From Tubiluchus corallicola (Eukaryota > Animalia > Priapulida): a DNA stretch of 64,000 bases. The position numbers were made by a program, and so were the translations under genes. Below the pieces are notes generated by a model, which saw only the letters and a list, made by a program, of their open reading frames with translations, did not search any database and was not told the origin of the DNA. Shown here one piece after another: positions 48,501 to 60,500 of the stretch (position 1 is the first letter of the stretch; each line of letters begins with the position of its first letter). The stretch spans positions 372,001-436,000 of the forward strand of contig JAQGDQ010000148.1 of the NCBI GenBank assembly GCA_030141605.1, written 5' to 3'.

Positions 48501-51500
48501 TCATCTAAAGTGCAGAAACAGTTTGGTGTTGGTTAGCTTTTTCAGTGTTAGAAAGAACCCAAGTTCATAATTGATATTTTCGTAGTATAAAAGCTTTTGT
48601 GGCCGACAGCATGGCACAGTTATTGAACAAGAGTTAAGTGGTTTAATAGATGTAACGTAAGTATGGCATTATGGTATTAGTGTATGGCATCTTGCAAAAA
48701 AAATTTTAATCCTTTTTGTGAACAAAACAGACTTGTCATTTTTGATGCTGTTCTTTGATTTATGATGCAGCCACAGAAATGTATCTTTTGGGTTCATCAT
48801 ATCATGTAGGTTCATTATATCATTTTGCCACACACTAGATTTTTGTCATAAAAAAGAAGATCACATTGACAAACTAACTAAAAGTCTGTTTTATACAAAT
48901 GTGGTTGCTTAAATTAAGCTTCTTTTTAGCTGCCGTTTTCTCTTTGGCAATGAGCAAGGAAGATTTCGGAATCAGCCGTCCGCCGGTTTTTCTGCCGTCA
49001 TAGAGAGCATGCTGCCAAAAGAACAACTCAAGATAGAGCCTTGCATTAATTTTGGCGACATACCAAGAAACGTCCTGAGTGGACCGATACATTTACCTGA
49101 ACATGTGGCATACATTCCACAGCCAGTGGACACCTCAAAGGTATTTTAATTTTGTTTTTCTTTCGATTTCATATGCCTTATTAGCCGGTAATGATTGTCG
49201 ATTGAATGTAAATCAACTGTATAAAGCTGTTACTCTCTTTTTTGTAATTTTCTGGTTGGCTTGTGATTAGTAGAGCTGTTTTATGCTTTTCAGGCTGTGC
49301 TGCCAAATTATGTTGATGCCGTTCGTGATAAGTTGGCTGAGAACATTCATGAACTTTGGGCCATGAACAAGATTGAAGCTGGATGGATTTGGGGAGAAGT
49401 ATGAAAAGACATTTTAATATCATTTGTAAACTTTGTACACACATATCTTGCATCTGTGACTACTCATTGTAGTAATTTATGAAGTATCTTACATAATAAT
49501 CAATTTATCATGTATTCGGTATTTGTAATGAGTCTATAAAGCTTTTAAAAGAAAACCGTTTATCTCTGATAAGTCAGTTGCCTATAAGTAAACTAATTTT
49601 AAACATATATTCCTGTTGTCTTCTGACTAACTAACTACTTTTTTGAAGGCTGTTACACTTCACTTAAATCGAATCTTTACAGGTAAGGGAGGATGGGAGA
49701 AAGAAACATCCATGTTTGACAACATTTGAAAAAATGCCTGAAACAGAGAAGAAGTATGATGTGACATTAGCATATGAAACTCTCAGGTATGTTATCAATG
49801 CACTTGTGCTAGACAACAAACAAGTAATTTATATGATCACAATAATTACGTGTTTTTTTTACAAGAAGAAGCAAAGAAGGCAGTCGCTGAATGCAAGAAT
49901 GAACTAAAGTAGAGTGACTCTTTTAACCAGTTTATATAAACTGTTAGCTGCTAATTACTATTATGACACAGCAAAAGTGTTCTTTTTAATTTTTGTAATA
50001 ACTGCTGTAATCATTTTTAAAACTCTACTGTTAATAGACTGCATTTGGCAAACTTACCAAACTCTGTGTGCTAAGAATCACACTGAACATAATTATGTGT
50101 GACACACTAATTAAAATGTACATATTTTTCTAGAACTTTGGTCACTCTTGGTTACCATATCCGGTTTGATAAACCTCCTGGTCGACTAAAGACACTAAAG
50201 CTATCAAATAAGTAAGTTTTTCATTATTATGCTTAATACTTGTCTTTAAGATTTTACAAAAATATTAAGGTAATTTATTTCTTTTATTTTCACTCTAATT
50301 TGATTAATATATACTAATATCTACATCGATTTCAGTTACCTGATGCCTAATGGGTACAAACCAACTCCCCTGGACCTGCGTGACATTGCCCTAAGTGATA
50401 AAATGGAAAAATTAGTGGATCTACTAGCTGAGAACACTCACAATGTGTGGGCAAGAGATCATATCCAACAGGGCTGGACATACGGGCTGTCTGAGGTTCT
50501 CACATTTAAATTTATTAATTATAATTAAAAATTTTAATTATAACCATATTATAATTAAAAAAAATTAATTATAATTCAATTTAAAAAACATTTCAGTTTA
50601 TCACACAGCTGCTATTCTTTCCATAAATGAAGAGAGCTTGAGCTTTTGACACATCTTTAGCTTTTGATGTGTAAATTCCCAACTCGAAAGCTGTTGTTTT
50701 TTCTGTTTGGATGCAACTTTTTTCCTTTTGCTTACCTGTGTTAAATGTGGTTATGCGCGTATGGTTGTGTTCACTTGTGCATGACAATGCTTATGTAACT
50801 CTCATGTCATAGTTTATTCTTAAATGGAAGTTTTTTCTACTATATAGGATGCTTTGAACAGACGCAGTCCCCATCTTGTGCCGTATAACAAAGTAGATGA
50901 AAGCATTAAGAAAGCAAACAAGGACACAGCTACGGAAACTGTGCGAACATTGATAGCTTATGGTTATGCTCTCGACCCGCCACCAGATACTGCGGACAGT
51001 GGTAATTAATTTACTATGTAAAATCTGTTTTTAGGTTTAATGATTTTGTTTACAAATGAAAGTCAGTTATACAGTGAGGTGGCATTTTTAATGAGATGGC
51101 TTGTAGTGTTAAAGGTTGTTAGTGCCGACTAGTTCTTAGATGGTTGCTCGGCTAAGAAGCCTATGTATTTCCAGGAAAAACATTTTGTAAGCACTTTTCT
51201 CAAGTGCAGTACTTTTATGTGTCTTAGGGCCAGGTTAGTGAGTTTAATAAACTCTTAGAAGCACTTTACTGCTTATGTAAAATTTGTGTATTAATCCTGT
51301 CCCACTAAATGCAGAAAGTATTGCTCATCTTAGTGTGCCTGATTGCCTGCGAAGGAAATAAATACGAAATAGAAACTGAAATATTTAATGTATTCTTGTA
51401 GGAGGAACATCTCATGATGTGGCTGTAGTTGCAACTCAATCAACAACTACCTATCGGGGTCAGAAGACTTACGCTGTCAAGTCAGGCAAATGGTAAATTA

Positions 51501-54500
51501 GATTTCACAGTCAGATATTCAGTGCTAGTGACCTCTTTCAACTTTGTCTTCCTTCATTAGACAGATGGTCCAAGTTTATGAAGTGGGCATTTTTCTCTCC
51601 AGGCGATGCTTACTTAATGAAAATTTACTTTAACATAAAAACATAATGACTGTTCATGCAACGTATTACTTTATTCATTTCAGAAGCAATTAAAACTGTA
51701 TTTATTATTGTATTGCTTCATAAATTGGAATTGAACAGTTCCTAAATTCTCAATTGAAACTGGAGATATCTTATAATACTTAACGACAAGGCCACAGAAG
51801 GAGCACTTGGGCAATAAACAAGACCATAATAGCAATGTATCGAAACCTTTTTTGCACAGACAGCAGAGCCCTTCTTGTCTGCTCTTGATATTTAAGCCTA
51901 TCTAACAAATTGTAAATTTCCACATTTGTACTTTTTTGCAACTGATTACACTTGATATTATGAGTGTAATATTATCAAATGTATTTATATTTATGCAAGT
52001 ACAGTAGGTGCCGCTTAATAGACTCGCGGTTAATAGACTCAACGCTTAATTAACTCAAAAATGCCTGGTATGGGCCGCTTCTATTCAAATATACATAAAA
52101 ACTGTCAGTCGTTGACACAAATAGTTCCACATAATTACTTCAATATTTTTCCCTCACGTACTTAAAATAAGACATTTGTATGTGCCCAAAGAGCCTTTCC
52201 TACTTTTATGTCATCTTTACTTCACTCTTGTGCACTACAACATATGAAGAAACAATCATGTTAAGTACCATTTTGTTTGTAAGCAGGTACGTTTATCATG
52301 CGGTAATACGCTAGCGTAGCAGTTTGCTTTGAATCTGTTACCCGCTCGTTCACTGCAATTAACCTCGTTTCCAAGAATTTCTGAAAGCTAAACATTTAAT
52401 CACTTGTCTAGCAGTTTCTTTTTGAAACTCTCATTGCAAATCACACTTTCACACTTAATCAGTTAGCAGTCACTGATACAGGTACAGTAATTTTTGCAAA
52501 TAAAGACTTGTGTGATTTAGAAAAGTATGCTTTTTAATTTATTGCTAATTCACTTATTTAATTTTTTAAAATATTTTTTTAAAATTTTTAACTGCACAAA
52601 GGAATTTAGGCATTACTTCGTTTCTAAGATCCATCAAAAACTGTTGCAGTGCATATTCAGCTGATGACTCATGCTTCTATACCAGTAATACTACGCCCAT
52701 TGGTTAATAGGTTCAGTCATTTAATTGGGTCAAAACACTTCAGTCCCAAAGTGAGTCTATTAAGCGGTGCCTCCTGTATCATACGATGTGGAAGTTATCT
52801 CATTGGTTATGTTTTATACAGGTACTACGAGGTAGAAGTTATCACACCTGGTTATATGAAAATTGGATGGACGACATTCTCAGCTGCACCCGGTACAGAG
52901 ATTGGAAGTGATGAATTTTCATATGCATTTGATGGGTACAGCGTAAGTATTGTGAAATATATGTTAATGTGAAGCAAATAAGTTAATGTTCAAATGAGAG
53001 TTATGGTGAATGACAACAAATTTTTTTATTGTTCAATCCTACTGTTATTGTTGCATCTAATGATACAGTTACTGTGGAAATGTTAGTTTTGTAGTACTTT
53101 GAGAAGTTTCTATTTATATGTCTTTATTGGAAGCAGCCTATGAAGTGGCATCAAGGATCAGAGCCTTATGGAAAAAAATGGGTCAATGGTGATGTTATAG
53201 GAGTGTTTCTGGATTTACACGATAGAACAGTTAGTAAGTAGTAGCATTACTGCACCATCTACAAATACTGGAATTTTAGAGAAATATTGTACACAATCTT
53301 GGCAACCTTTGCCAATGTTTAATTTTGGACGTTTATGTTACAACATTACTAAATGAAGCACATTGAATGTTATTTGCTTTTTCATTCTAGTGCTCGTGCA
53401 TTTGTTGGCTGCTGTCCACTTATCTTGTTCCTTCTGCCTGTTCATTTTTTACTTTTTCCTTTGCTCTGGCATACTTTTACTTTGGTGAAGCAGGATATCA
53501 TTTAGGTGTTCTATTTTAGGTTTTAGCATGAATGGGGAATTCATGATGGATTTGAGTGGTACTGAAACTGCTTTTACAAATGTTGATATTCCAGAAAATG
53601 GTAAGACCTTGAGTTGTAAGTCTTCTGTTTAATACTGAATTTGTGGCAAACCAAGTAACCTCACCATTTTAGTTGCTGTATGTTATTATGGCCTAAACAA
53701 CTAGTGGCCCTTAGTTCTACAAGCTCTCTCAACTAGAAGAAATACATTTGCAGTGTAGGTAGTGGTAGTGTTTGCATAGTAGGTGGCCCTAAATTACAGG
53801 GATTTAAACTATAAATTTACCTAGTCTTTATCTATAAAACTTAAGGTTAAGGCTATTGATTTCTGTTAGGAGAGCTAATGCATTCTGTTATAGGCATAGT
53901 GCAATTGTTTTTTCGCTGTATCTCAGAGATGGCATGTATGCTTTCTAGAAAAAGAACCACTTTTTGGAAAAATGAATAAAATGTTGGTAAGAGAAGCAGG
54001 GATTTCAAACTCATCTAGTTATCTGTTACTTCATTAATTTCCTTTATAAGCACTTCAGTTTTGTTGGGGCTTAAAAACTGCTAACCTCTGTGAATGAATA
54101 CACTCACAAAATATACACTATTTAGTGAATTGTGAATCTGTTATTATTAAATACTTTAAAGTAAATTAGTTGGTCTTTTGTTTGTTAAAAAAGTAATTAG
54201 CTGTCACAGTTTAGACAGCCAACAAACCAATTGTTTGAGAGTTTAGTGTAAGTAATGTTTTACAAATATTGATATTGCACCTGTTTGTATTTATTTGTTC
54301 AATTAAAACTGCAGGTTTTGTGCCAGCATTTTCCATTGGCACTGCTCAGCAATGCAAGTTAAATATGGGGCAAGATGTCAATACACTGAAGTTTTTTACT
54401 CAGTGTGGTTTACAAGAAGGCTATGAACCATTTTGTGTGTAAGTATTTAAGTACCTTTACCTTCAAAGAACTTAAACCGAATTTGCTCATCTCGCTAACA

Positions 54501-57500
54501 TCTTGATTTAAATTTTTGTGTGCTTCGGTTCATATTTTGGTATTTTGCAATTTATCTCACAGATAATTTTAACAATGAAAGTTTGTTTATGGCTCTTCGT
54601 GGTGTGAATTCTGTAGCCTAGTGATAGAACTCCTGCACTTCACGTGAGGGACTCGGGCTTAATACTCGCCTCTGGCAGTATCATGCATAAACCTAGGTTG
54701 CTTAAAATTAACTGGAGGGAGGGAGGGAGGATGTACATATATCCAAAATGTGGCTGAGTTACCTCTGTCATGTTAGTGGCTCCATAGAGGGTTATCACTG
54801 ATAGTGAACTAAAATGTGGTCATATCATAAACATCTCCTGGAGTAGGCCCTGCGTTTGAATGCTTTCGAATGAGCAGTGTGCCGAAATGTATAAAAAAGT
54901 GTTACATTAAAAATGTGTGTAAAAAGGTTTTGTTTGAGTAAAAGTTGAACATGCCAGCATACTTTTGAAACATTTTGTTATGTTTTTAGCAACATGTCAA
55001 ACAACATTGGTTTGTGGTATGACAAAGCATTAGCCCTATTTGAAACTGTCTCAGAGGACAGTCCCAAACTGGAAGTAACACGAATTCCACCAGGGTAAGT
55101 AGACTGTTAAAGACTCTACTAGCGTCACTTAAAACTACAAATTAAAATAACATTTATTAGCTGGATTCAATTTTTGTAGGTGTCTATTGGAACCTAGTGT
55201 TGTAAACAGTTAGCTTTGCTATATTATGGAAAACATGTGGCAACATTATTATATTGATAAAAAAGGAAAGCATTGTAGGACATAGTTCTTTAGACAACCC
55301 ATTGCTGAAGCAATCTTACAGACTCGCATTGCTGAGGAATTATCAGTTCCTGTCAACGTTATACCAAAAAACTGTGGTCCTAGAGCTCTGACGTGTTCCA
55401 AGGGAAATGTTAATTGATGGCATGAGTTATACAAGTTCCCCAAGTTGATACATTTGATGCCCCACCTAATTGAGCAGGTTGACATTAATGATTTGCCAAC
55501 GTTTTTAGTTGAACACAGCTAGATTGTTGCATAAGTGAGGAAATCTCTTTAGACAATCATTTTTTTATTTTCACTTTAAGCATTCTGATCTTCATCCTGT
55601 ATTCTGGATTTCATTCGATTTCCACTACTAAACACACGAGTGGTATTTCCTTATCTGCATTGTCAAATGGCTTATTTTTGATCACTTTGAATAATGGTTA
55701 AATTTAAACAATAACTATTTATTTATTTTGCTTACAGAAGTGATACACCTCCAATTCTTCACCTCGGACATAAGACATATGGGTCTCTTGAGGGAAAAGC
55801 TAATGTGGAGTTCCTGCGGCTCAGTGTACCAGTCCAATGCCATTCTGTATTCAATAAGACTCCAGGGTAAGTCTTGCTGTATATTTAAAGATAGGTGGAT
55901 TCAACACTCAGTGGCAGGGCCTCTAATGTAGATGCTTAGGTGATGTCGGTAGGATTCGGACTTCTCTAATTGTAAATTATAATTTTCTGAGGTGAGACAC
56001 TGGACTGTTTGATTGAATGCATTTAGTCTATAGTAACTTGTTTCTTTCAGTGGTTTCAGTGCATACATATGTACTACTAATTTCCCAACTAATACATTGT
56101 CATACTAAGGAAACAGTCGCACATTTTTCATGTTACCTATGAATTTTGTGTTTCACCATAATGTTTTAGGTCATCTGATGTTCGACCAAGTAGTCCGACA
56201 AGCATAGCAATGCCTACTATTACGCCACCTACGCCACAAGCAGGTATGCATCTCTTTGTATACGTATGCTTTTAGTAAATAAGTTAGTACAGTTTGCACA
56301 ATTGTGTCTGATGAGTGCAGTTTGTATTTTGTCGAGATTTATTAAGTTACTGTTATAAGCAAGGTTCACAATTTTCTAGAAGACAAATTAAACCAAATTT
56401 AATAATAAATATATTTTAGTTGTATATGTGATAAGCCACTAATACACCAAACTCTCACTTTTGTCTTGTAGTTAAAAGCTGAATTAATTGGGAAAATAAA
56501 AGCATGAAAGACAGCGATAAGACTTGGATTTGAACTAGGCATCTTTGGCCTGCAAGTTCAATTTGTTATTTTTTTATTCATTGAGACTTTGTCACCAGTG
56601 ACTTCACAGACAAAAGCATTTAATAATATACAAATGTGTTCAAAAAAACTATTAATGTTTTATTGAATTTGGTAATGTAAAAATTCATTATTTATCACAG
56701 AGGATGACTTGAATGATATGTACCCTAAAAAGAAGAAGTGTGAGTAATTTATGTGCGCGTATGTGTAGGTGTGTGTGTGATTGTTTAACCTCATACAAGC
56801 TGCACAGTTCTTTTTAAATAGCTCATTGTCACTGAGTGTGTTTGATAAATTTTATTTTTATGCTATTTTGCAGTCGTGATCTATGCTTAAGTGCTTTGTA
56901 AATTGAAGGAAAAGTTTTGCTGTTTTCACATCAAGCTAATAATTCTCACCATATAAAGCTGTAGTCATATTCGTATGTAAATAAATTTTCCTCAGTTAGA
57001 GAAATAGCCTGAGACGACACGACGTAGATTAGGCAGAAGCAGTTTACCTGGCAGCTATATATCCATTTACTAGCCAGACTCTGCATGGCTTAACTTTCAT
57101 AGCCATGGGCACACTTAGCCTCCCAGCTCCATGGCTGTAGTAATAATCTTAATTTTTCACTATCACTACTTAACTAGGGAGCAAGAGTATGACATCTTCA
57201 GACAATTAATGTTTTAATGTGCATGCCCATTCAAGAAGTGTGATTTATTTTTGCTTCGAGGACTAAGTGTTAGAAATATGCAAAAAATAACTTTTGCCTG
57301 TTCCCATTTCAAGGACTTATCATGAAATAGTAGGCCTATCATAAATTTTTAGTGTTACTTTGTAGATTTAAAATAATTTTGTGGTACTTACTTTTGTTTT
57401 TAAGCTTTTTTTGAAACAATTAGCTTTCCTTTAATTTGCATTTTAAGCTTTGGGGGTGGAATGCTTGACTTTCTTTTACCAAGAGTTTATTTTGAGTTTT

Positions 57501-60500
57501 GTATGAGAAACTTGAATTTTGTTTTAATGCAAATTTTCTAGCTCTGTATGAAGTTTATTTTTCTTTATGTGAGATTATTAGCTTCATGTGAAAAACACAC
57601 AGACTTTTTTTTCTATCTACCCATTTAGAATGCTCAAGCACTGTGGATGTCTTTGTTTTGTTTCATGCAGATTTATGGGGTTTATTGTCCGGCATTTGAT
57701 ATTTATGAATTTTCTCTCCTGATCTGTTTTGGGCTTGATGTTTATTCAGTTCCAGCTATGGATGTATATTTCAGTCAAAACCATGCATGTATCCAATCAT
57801 TTATAAGAAACGTAAATGAATTTGTGTGGCTTGCCTAATAGTATTAAGTTTTTCTTTCATGATTTTTTAAGTTGCACTGCTGTACTATTATGACAGTAGT
57901 AAAGTTATTTAAATGGTTTTAGAGGTGTTTTTTTAAAGTAAAATTTTGTTTATTTTGTTTTAAAATGTTTGTTTCATGTTTAATATCAAACATTGCAACA
58001 GTCTCATTTATTTTACTTTTAGTTTATAAAATTATAGTTCTGTTAGCTGTACTTAAATGTCTACTCTTTTCCATTCATTTCCATTGTCTAATAGGTAGAT
58101 GAAAATGTAATAATTTTTCTTTTATTTGCATGTTAGAATTATGATGCTTTTTTACTCATTACTTAAACTGAATAGCTGCAATAACTTGGTATAAGTTATT
58201 TTTGCATGAACCCAAACGTTGCCTTTTGGCATTTATCATAAATATTATTCATTATTTATCAACTTGCATTTTTTCATTTATTTTTTTCAGTAGGAAAGTT
58301 TTTTGCACCTGTTTTTACATTTTTTTAGATTTGCTGTGCAATTATATAACATACTGGCATAATTATTTATAGTCATGCTGTTTATTTGGGAATAGTTTGG
58401 CTTATTTTGTGTTAAACTTTTTAGTTTCTCTATTTATTTATTTTTCTTTTAAATTCTCAAATGATAAATGATTGCAAAGTCTGAACTCATGTTAGGCTAG
58501 AACATTTGAAATGAAAGGTATATGGATTGTTGAGAAAGTCTAAACTATGAAGGTAGTTTAATGGGTATTCCGATGGACTATAAGAAGCTCATTTTCTTTT
58601 ATGCAGTATGTTTTGTTTCGAGTTCTAAGGATTTGCCATATTGTGTCAGCTGTCTGCAATGTATGTACTGTATAAGTTAATATCGCATGAAGTTTTGTCA
58701 TGCCTTTTTCATATTCGTCCAGATTATAACTTTACTTTTTTGGTTACAGTGAGAAAAACTCGAAGGGGATCCCAGGATGACACTTCCACAGCCGCCAGCA
58801 AGCGCACCTCTTTTCTCTCCGGCTCCAAGAAAGCGCAATCTTTTGACGACAAGAAAGATCCTCCATTGAGCAAGTTGACTCCGAAGCACAAGAAGCAGTC
58901 GGCCAGTGTGGAGGCGCTGTCAGCTAAACAGCATAGTAAGAACATGAGTAAGCTTTCCTCCGTCGTGGACTTGATGAAGCGTGGTGGTGCTAACACAGGT
59001 ATAGCTTACTAACAAATATGCACATGTGTCGTCGTCTGTTACTTGCAAGTCAGAACGTGATTTCCTTTTTTGAATTTTGCTAAAGCTTGTTTTTCTGATG
59101 ACAGGATGTTTAGAAATTAGAATTGTGAGTGGTACACTGGTTTATTGCTAGCTGCAATTGAGCTGCACATGCACACAGTCTGGTTTTTTGCACAATTATA
59201 ATGTGTGAATTAAAAATAAGTTGGTATACTATACATTTTTCTATTCTATATTCTGAATGGATGAATATATGTTTCTTATATTGACCTACTAAACACATTC
59301 ACGTGTGATTTATATTCCAGGTTTTTTTATATTTGTCACATTTTTCTTGATTTAAATTCTTGTCATACTTTTTGTATTTTATTAATAAAAGTGTTTAAAA
59401 AATTGACATTTGGGCCCATTAAAACACATCCACTCACACTGGATATCATGAAAAGAAGTATGAAAACAAAACATGTTTGTTTGCTGCCAGTTTTACCTTT
59501 TTTGTTTTGCTTCCTGAGCTGAATTTATTTTATTCACCATAGTATATTGTACGCTGTACAATTTAAATGTTTCTTTGAGTTAAATTTTTTGTACACTGCA
59601 CATACTTGTGCGTACAAATCTTTTACTCTTTATTGTGGTTTTTTAGTATTACAGATTACAGCAGCTGAAAGAACAACCGTTTTAGTTGCCACTTATCCTC
59701 TGTAACTATATTAAGTTGACGACACATTTGTATAGTTTCGTTCGATTGCTTTTGTTTTTTTCTTCTTTTAGCTTTTCTCTCTCTGGCGTTAATTAAGCAC
59801 TGCTTCTGATCATGAACACATTCCGCATATGCTTTGCATATTGGCAGGAATCATACGCATGATCGCTTTACGTAATGTCTCTCTGCTTTAGAGATTTTAT
59901 TCATATTGAAAGTTTCTTTTAAGTATTTGTCAATTCTGTAGTGAAATGAGTAAATAAGTTCTTGTGTGACAAATGTAATACTTTTCGGTGTATTTTTTTT
60001 GTACGTGTCATGATTCTTCTAATCCAGGCATGGCGGGCAAAATTTGTCATTTAATATAACAGTAAATGCAGTGCACGTTGTTAACTTAATACACTATGTA
60101 CATACATCATCGCATTGTTGTTTTGTTAACAGTTATTATTTGATACAAGGTAAAAAAACAATTGTCTGGAACTGCAGTCTTCCAGACATACAAGTTGCCA
60201 GAATCATGTAGCATGGTCTTTCGTTGAACTTCTTGAATAATTTGGTCATCATGGCATTTTGTGTGGCATTGAATCACTCATTTGTAGATGTGTTAGGTAG
60301 TACTGTTGCTTAAAGTGTCTTGGTTACTGATTTTTTTTGGTACGAAAGTTCATTGTTAGATTTTGCATAGATGAGCATAATAGCAACTGCCATACAGTTT
60401 GATTGCAAAACAAACAATAGTTAATATCTTGGCATTATCACAATTTAAAGTGCAGTAACTTTTAACAATACAGAACTTGGGCTAAAATTTTTATAGTTTT

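Noticed and set aside
54601-54680. Possible tRNA gene
   Set aside because: The B-box is degenerate and there is no acceptor stem; better explained as a SINE head.
56996-57140. GC-richer exon-like segment after ttttcctcag in RyR intron 35
   Set aside because: All nearby acceptors give an early stop in the required phase 1, and no clear donor follows.
58095-58106. 12-nt micro-exon candidate tag|GTAGATGAAAAT|gtaata
   Set aside because: It contains TGA in the phase-1 frame imposed by the neighbouring exons.
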